This document shows, in pieces, positions 28,436 through 36,629 of a DNA stretch of 64,000 bases. The notes below the pieces were generated by a model. It saw only the letters and a list, made by a program, of their open reading frames with translations. It was not told the origin of the DNA and did no database searches. Each line of letters begins with the position of its first letter. Position 1 is the first letter of the stretch. Both the position numbers and the translations under genes were made by a program. Source of the DNA: an uncultured Verrucomicrobiae bacterium (GTDB lineage: Bacteria > Verrucomicrobiota > Verrucomicrobiia > Chthoniobacterales > JAFAMB01); the NCBI GenBank assembly GCA_963837955.1, contig CAWIPH010000002.1, forward strand, positions 1,344,001 to 1,408,000. Direction: 5' to 3'.

Positions 28436-29578
28436 ATGAGAAAAAAATTATTACTGCTTTTGGCCGCGGTCACCGTGGCAACCACCCTCGGGCGCGAAAC
28501 CAGCGCTGGTTTTGCATCAACCAATGGCGTTAATGTAACCGTGGGGCTGCGGACACAGCCCATTAACGATCTGGCCTTTGGTGCGCCGACTCATCCTGGC
28601 AACGGCCTGGTCTTTGGTGCGCCGACTCATCCTGGCAACGGCCTGGTCTTTGGTGGTCCGACTCATCCCGGCAACGGCCTGGTCTTTGGTGGTCCGACTC
28701 ATCCTGGCAACGGCCTAGTCTTTGGTGGTCCGACTCATCCTGGCAGCGGCCTAGTCTTTGGTGCGCCGACTCATCCTGGCAACGGCCTAGTCTTTGGTGC
28801 GCCGACTCATCCTGGCAACGGCCTAGTCTTTGGTGCGCCGACTCATCCCGGCAACGGCCTGGTCTTTGGTGGTCCGACTCATCCCGGCAACGGCCTGGTC
28901 TTTGGTGGTCCGACTCATCCTGGCAACGGCCTGGTCTTTGGTGGTCCGACTCATCCGATCAGCGGCCTAGTCTTTGGTGCGCCGACTCATCCGGGCAACG
29001 GCCTAGTCTTTGGTGGCCCGACTCACCCACCGATAAGCGGCTTAGTGTTTGGTGGCCCGACTCACCCGCCGATCAGCGGCTTAGTCTTTGGTGGCCCGAC
29101 TCACCCGCCGATCAGCGGCTTAGTGTTTGGTGGCCCGACTCACCCGCCGATCAGCAGCTTAGTCTTTGGTGGGCCGACCCATCCCTCGGCCAGCCGCGTT
29201 ATGGCGAGGACCGGCGATTTTGTAATGCTTCCTCTCGGAACAGAAACCGGCCGTCATATCCGGAGGGGGAGTCTCGAATCTGAAAAGTCCGCCAAAGACT
29301 CGGAGTTGAGCAAATCGACTGTTTCGAATCCGCTCGCTATGCTCCCTTTGGGTAGGGAGAGCGGCCGACACATCCGGACCGAGAGCGCAAGAGATATCCA
29401 CTCTGAGTCTGGTAAACACCAAGATGCGAATCCTATCGCACTGAACGGTCATCTGGGTATCGGCTATGCGATGCTGCCTTTAGGAGCGGAGACGGGACGA
29501 CACATCCGGAATCTGGACGAAAATAACAGAGCGACCGAAAGGACCGTCGTCGCGAGTGAACCGAAAGCGAGTGCGTAA
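28436..29578 (+). CDS. Secreted tandem-repeat protein / candidate multi-core peptide precursor (380 aa)
   Basis: AGGAG RBS; Sec signal MRKKLLLLLAAVTVA; 17 x FG[AG]PTHP units; 3 x MLPLGxE[TS]GRHIR. Confidence 0.8.
   Translation: MRKKLLLLLAAVTVATTLGRETSAGFASTNGVNVTVGLRTQPINDLAFGAPTHPGNGLVFGAPTHPGNGLVFGGPTHPGNGLVFGGPTHPGNGLVFGGPTHPGSGLVFGAPTHPGNGLVFGAPTHPGNGLVFGAPTHPGNGLVFGGPTHPGNGLVFGGPTHPGNGLVFGGPTHPISGLVFGAPTHPGNGLVFGGPTHPPISGLVFGGPTHPPISGLVFGGPTHPPISGLVFGGPTHPPISSLVFGGPTHPSASRVMARTGDFVMLPLGTETGRHIRRGSLESEKSAKDSELSKSTVSNPLAMLPLGRESGRHIRTESARDIHSESGKHQDANPIALNGHLGIGYAMLPLGAETGRHIRNLDENNRATERTVVASEPKASA
28562..29185 (+). repeat. Coding tandem repeat: 13 units of 36 bp, then 4 units of 39 bp
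   Basis: Consensus GGCAACGGCCT[AG]GTCTTTGGTG[CG][GT]CCGACTCATCC[TC]; all unit lengths are multiples of 3; no spacers. Confidence 0.95.
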
Positions 29579-29660
29579 AATTCGGATTTGCGAAAGGCCA
29601 AACGAGGAAGCGGCCTGAGAAAAAGGTATTAGTTCTTATTTTGGGAAGAAGAGACCCAGC

Positions 29661-30197
29661 TCACGGCTCGACAAAGCTCGAATGCATAACGACAATCACC
29701 CAGTTATCGTTAATTTTTCGGAAGACCATCGTCGAAGTGCCGAGCGTTTTCCCTTTCTTCTGAAAAACTGTCCACCAGTCCAGCCCAACGGCCACATCTG
29801 GTGAGACCAGTTGAATTTGAACGCGGTCATAGACGACAGAACCCATTTCGTCTCGATTGGGGTAGCCACGGTGATATGTCGCATTGACGTCCGCCCAGCC
29901 CTTCAATTGCTCCCCCTCAATGACCACCAGTAAATCTGGGGATTTCCAACAGGGAGCGAGGTATCCATCGATATCGTGCGCATTCCAACGGTCGCCCATA
30001 TTGATGAGCAAGGTATATATTTGCTGGTAGTCAGACGGATCTAGCTGGGGTGCAGACTGTGTTGCTGAAGGCTTGATGGAATCAAAACCCCAGGTGCCAT
30101 AGGTCGGGGCGTTCTGCGCGAAAAGAGCGGTCACAGGAAAGGAGCACAGCGTCCCCAAGAGGAGGGAGCGGAGGAGCTTTTTAGTGACCATAGACAA
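29661..30197 (-). CDS. Exported NTF2/SnoaL-like (DUF4440-type) protein
   Basis: Signal peptide; WNAHDIDGYL..WKSPDL, GW..V...Y.RGYP, MVFRKI...WVIVVMHSS. Confidence 0.8.
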   Translation of the reverse strand: MSMVTKKLLRSLLLGTLCSFPVTALFAQNAPTYGTWGFDSIKPSATQSAPQLDPSDYQQIYTLLINMGDRWNAHDIDGYLAPCWKSPDLLVVIEGEQLKGWADVNATYHRGYPNRDEMGSVVYDRVQIQLVSPDVAVGLDWWTVFQKKGKTLGTSTMVFRKINDNWVIVVMHSSFVEP

Positions 30198-30913
30198 ACG
30201 TGCTGTTCTGTTTAGCAGCTTTTTCCCGCTAAACTAGTTATTTCTAGAAATTATGTGTTTTTAATCTCAATTATGAGAAATCGAGGATTTTCGAAGTTAA
30301 GACGATTCTCACTGGGATTCTTGCGTAGAATTTAAATCATCGGACGAGTTTCCGTAAAGATTATAAATATTTGAGGCGGGGTTACGGAACCCGCCCTGCG
30401 CATGACGGCGCAAGTTATCCGAGGGAGATATTAGAGTCGGTGCTGGCGCCCTTCGGTGTGCAATTTCGGCGCACACTCGCCCAGATAGCTCAGGTTCGGC
30501 GCAGGCGAACCGCGATTAGTTAGGCCCAAACTCGCCTGGCATACCCTCGAAACCGACTCTAAGAAGTTCTGCAGAGTTCGCTCGACCGAGGTCGCAGACG
30601 CCTGGAGATCCAGTGCTTGTTTCAGAGTCGGTTGGTGATAGCGATTCTCACTGAGCAGATTCATATCAAGGAAGGAGATTTTGGAGAGTGGCTTGGTATT
30701 GAAAAAAAACCATACTGCGGCATCCCGATCGGCTGGTCCGCACCTTCTCGAAACTTTGGAAGCGGGTCCTCTGGTGGATCGAAGGATTCTTTGTCGGCTG
30801 CGCCGCGGCGAGAATCTGTGAACACCTCGGTTATTGCGTTCCGATTTAATATCCTTGCTGTGGCCAAATACCGACCGATATAACACCGGAAAGCCGCAAA
30901 TGGAGATTGACCG

Positions 30914-33900
30914 GTGAACTCGGAGTCTTTTGGTGTTCTCGGTGCGTCAGGTCATTATCCGGCGTCCAATTCTTTGCCGCGTTTGCGCATCTTCGTTTCG
31001 TCGCCGGGAGATGTGGATACCGAACGCCAGATTGCTAGCCGAGTTATCGACCGGTTGCGTGTGCGATTTCAAGAGCATGGCGAGATCGATCCATATTTCT
31101 GGGAGTACGAACCGATGCGCCATCACGCGACGTTCCAGAATCAGATACCGCCCACATCTGATTTTGATGTTGTTATCTGCATTCTTTGGTCTCGGCTCGG
31201 AACCCCACTGATAGGTCCGGACGGAAAACGCTACGCTTCGGGGACCGAGTACGAGGTCGCGTCCGCGCGCGAATCATGGAAAACCACCGGGAGTCCGGAG
31301 GTCATGATCTATCTGCATGACGCGCCCGCGCAGATTCGGCAATTCCCAGACTCCGAATTTCAAAAGATGGTGGATCAGTTGAAGGCGCTCAAACGCTTTG
31401 TCGCCGAATATTGCCAAGATCCGGCGACGGGGGAGATTAAGGGTGCGTTTACTACTTATCGAGACCTCGGTCAGTTCGAGACACTGCTCGAAAAACATCT
31501 AGAAAAACTGATCGAGCGAAAACTGCCGAAGCGGTGGATTGATCAACGCACCGAGATAACCCCACATTGGGTGGGCCAGAGCCCTTTCCGGGGCTTGGCC
31601 GCCTTCGACTTTGAGCATTCACCGATCTTTTTCGGACGGACGAAAGCCGTGGGAGAGGTGCTCGCCCAGTTGCGCCGGCGAATGGGAGCAGTCGAAGATG
31701 CGCGAGCGGCCAAGATGCCAGAGATAACCGCTGCGGCCTTTGTACTCGTTTCCGCCATGAGCGGGGTGGGCAAATCGTCCCTGGTTCGAGCCGGCATTTT
31801 GCCGCTGCTGGTGGAGCCTGGAAACGGCATTGCGCTCTGGCGCCGCGCGGAGGTGCGACCAAGCGAGTTTGCTGGTGATCTCTTCGACGGCTTAGCCCGC
31901 GCGCTCTGCGCTGAGGAAGCGTTGCCAGAGTTGCTGAGCGGCGAGACAACGGTGGAAACGGTTGCTGGTTTTCTGCGTCGGAATCCGGCCGGCATCGAAT
32001 TTGGATTAAGCAGCGCGTTGGATCGCGCTAGCGCCGAACTCAAGCGCCAGGAAGAGCTGGACCTCCAAGCCCAAGAGCAGAGTTTTCGCTACCATGGCCG
32101 GCTCGCCGATGCCGACGCAGCGGACGAGAAGATAGCGCAACTCCGCAAAGCAACCTTTCCGAGTCGCCTGGTTTTGGTCGTCGATCAGTTGGAAGAATTG
32201 TTTACGCTCGAATCGATCACGCCCGAGGTCCGCACGAATTTCATCACGGCAATCGCGGCGCTGGCCAGAAGCGGCCGGGTTGCGGTGCTGGTAACGTTGC
32301 GAAGCGATTTCTTTGAAAAATGCGCTGAGGTTCCCGTGCTCGCGGAGTTAAGCAAGGGAGATGGTCTGTACCACTTGCTTCCGCCCAACGCACTCGAGAT
32401 CGGCCAGATGATCCGAGAACCGGCGATTGCGGCTGGTTTGCAGTTCGAGATTTTTCAGGAAACCAAACAATCTTTGGACGAACGCCTACGCGATGCTGCG
32501 ACTCGCAACCCGGAGGCCCTACCGCTCTTGCAATTCTGCTTGGAAGCGCTGTACCAGGCTCAAGCGAAACGGGGAGACGGGCTGCTCACCCATGCCGATT
32601 ACGATGCGATAGGTGGAGTGGAAGGAGCCCTGGCTAATCGGGCGGAGGAGACATTTCTTCGTTTGCAGCCCGCAGAACAAGCCGAGTTCAGCCGGGTGAT
32701 GCGAGCGGTAACGACAGCAGATGATAACGAGACGTTCACCCGGCGCTGGGCCGATCGAGATGAACTTACCCGCGTGCCGGCAGCAAAAGCATTTGTCGAT
32801 GCGTTTCTGGCTCCGGAAGCGCGATTGCTGGTCGTCGATCGAGATCTCCGTGGTCGGGTCGTTGTGAGTGTCACTCACGAGGCGTTACTGACCCGCTGGG
32901 AACGCTTACATCAATGGTTGCTGACTAATCTGGAAAACTTGCGGATGCGCGCTCAGGTAAGCGCCGATGCCCTCCGCTGGCGTCAGAGTGGACGCAACAA
33001 CGACTATCTCTACGCCGGCGCTCTGCCGTTGGCGAAGGCCCACGACTTGGCGGAGCGCGATTTTCTGGACGATGCGGAGCGAGAATTTGTCGATGCTTCC
33101 GTGCGGGCGGCGCGTTCGGCCTCGGAGAAGAAGCGTCGCAACTTGCACCGGGTAATCGCTGGCGTGAGCGTAGTTGCCATCGTCGCGATCGTGCTCGCTA
33201 TCACGAGCTTCGTGCAATATTCGCGAGCCAGGGCGGCAAAGAGACAAGCAGGTCAAGCCGCTCAGCGGGCAAAGCTCGCACGCACCGAGGCCGAAAAATT
33301 AATCAACTTTCTGGTGGGCGATCTCCACGACAAACTGAAACCGATCGGCAGGCTGGATTTGTTGGCAGAGATTAGTAAACGCGTCCGGGCTTATTATGAG
33401 AACTTCGCGGAACGGGAAAAGAATCCCGAGGCGCTCAAACAATGGAGCACCGCGCTAATAAATCAGGGTGATGTATTAACTGATCAAGGCGACCTGGATG
33501 CCGCACTGAAATGTTATGAGGAGTCGCTCTCGACCAGACAAATTCTCTTAAAGCAGAGTTCGAACAGTACAGAATCGCGGCGAGATGTTGCTTCCGCACT
33601 GTTAAAAATTGCCGGGAATCGACATGCCCGCGGCGATTTTAGCGGCGCGCTGGCAATTTACGAACAGGCGTTAGCAATCCGAAGAGAGATCGTAGTGACC
33701 GAGCCGGGAAACCAAGAGTTTCAGCATGATCTTTCGGTTGCGCTGGAGTTCGTTGGGCGGGCGGCACACAATGCCGGCGATCAGACCAAGGCGCTTCGGA
33801 ACTTGCGAGACGCAATTGCGGTCGGTCGACAAATCGTGCGCGGAACCTCAGTACCAGCCGCTTGGCAGAGCGATTTATCTTACGCCCTGCTCCTCGCTGG

Positions 33901-35059
33901 CGACGTCTTCATGGAACAAAACGACTCGGCCGAAGCGCTACAAGAATATCAGGATTCACTAGTCATTCGAGAGCGGCTAGCAAGGGCGGAGCCAGACGAC
34001 TCAGATCGGCAAAGGGATTTAGCCTTGAGTCTGGAGGAGGTCGGATATGCATTGGCTGATCAGGGAGATGAAACGGCTGCTTTGGACAAACAGCGGTTAG
34101 CTCTCGCGATCCGAGAGAAACTGGTTGGCCGGGATCCGGAGAACACCGATTGGCGGCAACAATTATCGGTGAGTTACCGAAACATCGGGAGAATTCTCGC
34201 TGACCAGGGAGATCTTGAAGCCGCCCTGGTGAGCTATCAAAGTGGTTTGCGAATCCGAGAAAAATTGGCCGCAGACAACCCGTCGAATGACCTGGCCCAA
34301 CGCGATCTCGGTATCACCGAAGGGGATATTGGGGAGATCTTCCTGATGAAAGATGACCCGGTTGGCGCTCTTGAAAAATTTCACATGGCGGTAACCCGCC
34401 TTCGAGCGCTGGCAACCAAAAATCCAGAGAACCTCCTCTGGCAAAGCGATCTTGGTGAAGCACTCATGGAAGCTGGGGACGCGGAGACGAAAAATAGCGA
34501 ATTTGAGTCCGGGTTCGCCGAACTCGACGAAGCGCTTTCCATTTTCGGCCGGCTCAGCCAGCGAGATCCCAATAATCTGTTCTGGCAATATATGACTGCG
34601 CTCACCCAGGTGAATCTGGGAGTGCTTTGCGGGTCTCAGAAGAAGTGGGCCGACGCCCTCCACAGCGAAGAGATGGCCGCGGAAACACTTCACCGGCTTT
34701 TGCAACAGGTTCCATCTTCGGTTTCCTTTATCGAAGACTTGGCCAGATGTGATTATCGCATCGGCGAAGCAGCGGAAGGGAGTGGAGATGAAGAAAGAGC
34801 GACGGGCCGATTCAGGGAAGCGTACGATTTGTTAGAACCCCTGGTTAACAAAGAATCCGGGAGGCGAGAGTGGATAGTCCAGTTTGCTCGTGTCGCCTAT
34901 CATTTGGGTACTGCTCTGCACTCCCCTGGAGAAGGTCGAGCGATTCTCGAGAAAGGTCGCGATGCACTGCTACCGCTTGAACAAAAGAATCTTCTTAGTG
35001 CTGATGACAAGGCAACACTGACCGATATTCGAAACGTCCTTGACCGAAATAGAGACTGA
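30914..35059 (+). CDS. Membrane-anchored NLR-like protein: DUF4062 (TIR-like) - STAND (nSTAND1-type) NTPase - TM - TPR array
   Basis: RIFVSSPGDV..ER, SGTEYE; SPFRGLAAF...FFGR; Walker A SAMSGVGKSS; Walker B LVLVVDQLEELF; LPLLQFCL; HEALL..W; TM VIAGVSVVAIVAIVLAITSF; repeated GDL.AAL..Y...L.IRE.L...DP.N..WQ.DL. Confidence 0.88.
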   Translation: MNSESFGVLGASGHYPASNSLPRLRIFVSSPGDVDTERQIASRVIDRLRVRFQEHGEIDPYFWEYEPMRHHATFQNQIPPTSDFDVVICILWSRLGTPLIGPDGKRYASGTEYEVASARESWKTTGSPEVMIYLHDAPAQIRQFPDSEFQKMVDQLKALKRFVAEYCQDPATGEIKGAFTTYRDLGQFETLLEKHLEKLIERKLPKRWIDQRTEITPHWVGQSPFRGLAAFDFEHSPIFFGRTKAVGEVLAQLRRRMGAVEDARAAKMPEITAAAFVLVSAMSGVGKSSLVRAGILPLLVEPGNGIALWRRAEVRPSEFAGDLFDGLARALCAEEALPELLSGETTVETVAGFLRRNPAGIEFGLSSALDRASAELKRQEELDLQAQEQSFRYHGRLADADAADEKIAQLRKATFPSRLVLVVDQLEELFTLESITPEVRTNFITAIAALARSGRVAVLVTLRSDFFEKCAEVPVLAELSKGDGLYHLLPPNALEIGQMIREPAIAAGLQFEIFQETKQSLDERLRDAATRNPEALPLLQFCLEALYQAQAKRGDGLLTHADYDAIGGVEGALANRAEETFLRLQPAEQAEFSRVMRAVTTADDNETFTRRWADRDELTRVPAAKAFVDAFLAPEARLLVVDRDLRGRVVVSVTHEALLTRWERLHQWLLTNLENLRMRAQVSADALRWRQSGRNNDYLYAGALPLAKAHDLAERDFLDDAEREFVDASVRAARSASEKKRRNLHRVIAGVSVVAIVAIVLAITSFVQYSRARAAKRQAGQAAQRAKLARTEAEKLINFLVGDLHDKLKPIGRLDLLAEISKRVRAYYENFAEREKNPEALKQWSTALINQGDVLTDQGDLDAALKCYEESLSTRQILLKQSSNSTESRRDVASALLKIAGNRHARGDFSGALAIYEQALAIRREIVVTEPGNQEFQHDLSVALEFVGRAAHNAGDQTKALRNLRDAIAVGRQIVRGTSVPAAWQSDLSYALLLAGDVFMEQNDSAEALQEYQDSLVIRERLARAEPDDSDRQRDLALSLEEVGYALADQGDETAALDKQRLALAIREKLVGRDPENTDWRQQLSVSYRNIGRILADQGDLEAALVSYQSGLRIREKLAADNPSNDLAQRDLGITEGDIGEIFLMKDDPVGALEKFHMAVTRLRALATKNPENLLWQSDLGEALMEAGDAETKNSEFESGFAELDEALSIFGRLSQRDPNNLFWQYMTALTQVNLGVLCGSQKKWADALHSEEMAAETLHRLLQQVPSSVSFIEDLARCDYRIGEAAEGSGDEERATGRFREAYDLLEPLVNKESGRREWIVQFARVAYHLGTALHSPGEGRAILEKGRDALLPLEQKNLLSADDKATLTDIRNVLDRNRD

Positions 35060-35142
35060 CAGGGCGGTCGAATTAAATCTCACGCGCCTTTGCCGCGCTC
35101 GGCCAATACCGCCGAGCGCTTGTGTCCCTAGCCCGTCTGCAT

Positions 35143-35355
35143 TTAGTGTACGGGTGGTTGGTGCTTACCTACTGAAGGCGGCAGGGCCATTTTTCCCTCG
35201 GGGGCGGGTGCAGGAGCAGGTTTTGCTTCGTTGCAACACCCGGCGAAGCCAAGCGTGAGGAAAGCCAAACTGAGTAGCGCGACTTTTCCTAAACCAGGTG
35301 TCGCTAATCCCGTTTTTCTACTTTCCTGATACATCATCGTTTTCTGGTTGTTCAT
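35143..35355 (-). CDS. Small Pro-rich lipoprotein, copy 1
   Basis: Lipobox FAGC, then CNEAKPAPAPAPEGK; paralog at 35864-36043. Confidence 0.7.
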   Translation of the reverse strand: MNNQKTMMYQESRKTGLATPGLGKVALLSLAFLTLGFAGCCNEAKPAPAPAPEGKMALPPSVGKHQPPVH

Positions 35356-35454
35356 GGTTACACATCTGTCGCGATAGACGAGAGCGTAGGGAGACTCCGT
35401 TGGTTTGATCAAGGATCTTTTTTTGCTGTGCTCTATTCTAACCAGGCCAGAGCC

Positions 35455-35634
35455 TCACTGCTTTGGACTTGCACTATTAACTGGAGGATGATGGTTCGCT
35501 GGCTTTTTGGGAGGGGTTTTTTGCTTTTTCGGAGTGTGCTTCGCACTGGCTGACGGTGACGGACTCGGGTTGGCCGCTTGAATCACAGCGGTGCCGCCGA
35601 AGATAACAACCAACGTCAGAATCAACTTTTTCAT
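35455..35634 (-). CDS. Small secreted Pro/Lys/Ser-rich peptide (59 aa), copy 1; below the ORF-track cutoff
   Basis: Hand translation MKKLILTLVVIFGGTAVIQAANPSPSPSASAKHTPKKQKTPPKKPANHHPPVNSASPKQ; signal peptide; paralog at 36168-36376. Confidence 0.7.
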   Translation of the reverse strand: MKKLILTLVVIFGGTAVIQAANPSPSPSASAKHTPKKQKTPPKKPANHHPPVNSASPKQ

Positions 35635-35649
35635 GGGTAGAAGTCCGCG

Positions 35650-35678
35650 AGGCTAATAAAGTCGTGCCGGAAAGGCAA
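35650..35678 (-). promoter_or_regulatory. Sigma70-like promoter, copy 1
   Basis: TTGCCT-N17-TAGCCT about 15 nt before the ATG at 35634; both boxes and the spacing are conserved in copy 2. Confidence 0.55.
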
Positions 35679-35768
35679 TACCCAGTCGGGGGGCGCTGGC
35701 GCTCAAGAGGACACCGCCAGAAACCACTACATTTCAGCTCAGCGCCTTCGAATATTCGCTAGAAACAC

Positions 35769-35830
35769 AAAAGGCGCGTCGACTTCAATTCACGCGCCTT
35801 TTGCCGCGCTCGGGCGAAAGACCGAGCGCT
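35769..35830. terminator. Hairpins/terminator downstream of lipoprotein copy 2
   Basis: AAAAGGCGCG...CGCGCCTTTT and GCGCTCGG...CCGAGCGC; a related sequence lies at ~35080-35120. Confidence 0.5.
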
Positions 35831-35863
35831 CCTTAGGTGTTTCCTAGCCCTCTTGAATTGGAA

Positions 35864-36043
35864 TTAGTGGTGGTGGTGTGGCTCTACGGGCTGTTTGCCT
35901 TCCACCGGCGCCGGTGCTGGGGTCGGTTTTGCCTCGTTGCAACAACCTGCGAGACCAAGGGTGACCAAAGCCGAGCAGACTAGCGCGACTTTTCCTAAAT
36001 CAATTGCCGTTAATCCTGTTTTTCTACTTTCCTGATTCATCAT
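35864..36043 (-). CDS. Small Pro-rich lipoprotein (59 aa), copy 2; below the ORF-track cutoff
   Basis: Hand translation MMNQESRKTGLTAIDLGKVALVCSALVTLGLAGCCNEAKPTPAPAPVEGKQPVEPHHHH; lipobox LAGC. Confidence 0.72.
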   Translation of the reverse strand: MMNQESRKTGLTAIDLGKVALVCSALVTLGLAGCCNEAKPTPAPAPVEGKQPVEPHHHH

Positions 36044-36167
36044 CTTTTTCTTCGTTTTTCGTTGTTACTTGTTAGTGACCTACTTGTTGCCATCGACGAG
36101 AGGGGGGAGACTCTATCGGTTTGATCGGGGGCCTTTTTGCTGCGTTCTCTTCTAGCCAGGCAAGGCC

Positions 36168-36376
36168 TCAAGGCGTTGGAGTTGGGCTTGCTTTGCCACC
36201 AACTGGAGGATGCCCGCTTGCCATCGCTTTGGGCATACCCTTTTTCGGCTCGTCCTCTTTCGGTCTACTCCTTGGAGTGGCCGACGCGGCGGCAGATGGC
36301 GATGGGCTAGGATGGTTGCCTGGATGACAGCACTAAAGCCGAAGACAGGAACCAATAGAATAATGATCTCTTTCAT
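36168..36376 (-). pseudogene. Small secreted peptide, copy 2, with a frameshift after the signal peptide
   Basis: MKEIIILLVPVFGFSAVIQA, then the homologous NHPSPSPSAAASATP...HPPVGGKASPTPTP* continues in another frame. Confidence 0.6.
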
Positions 36377-36393
36377 GGCGTAGGCTGCTCGCG

Positions 36394-36422
36394 AGGCTAA
36401 TAAAGTCTCGCAGGAAAGGCAA
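36394..36422 (-). promoter_or_regulatory. Sigma70-like promoter, copy 2
   Basis: TTGCCT-TTCCTGCGAGACTTTAT-TAGCCT upstream of the ATG at 36376. Confidence 0.55.
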
Positions 36423-36629
36423 TACCTACTCGCGAGGCGTTTTTTCGGCCGCAAAAAGGGGTTTAACGGACAGCCGCGGTCCCGCAATTCGTGCGATACG
36501 AAGCCCCTGGTGACGGCTCCCCGGAGAAACGCGATCTGTTTGATTCTATGATTGGACACGACCGGGGCTATTGGGTTCTATTCCTGCAGGTTTAGCGAAA
36601 CCTGATTTCCATCGTTCCGTCAGACACGT

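Noticed and set aside
28562..29185. 36-bp repeats as a CRISPR array
   Set aside because: The units are contiguous with no unique spacers, stay in frame inside a signal-peptide ORF, and no cas genes are present.
28562..29509. Plant peptide hormone mimicry (PTHPGN resembles CEP; GGPTHP resembles CLE; MLP.G...RH resembles IDA)
   Set aside because: The resemblance covers only a few residues and the defining C-terminal motifs (SPG[VI]GH, P.H[HN], PS.PS.RHN) are absent; not supportable without assays.
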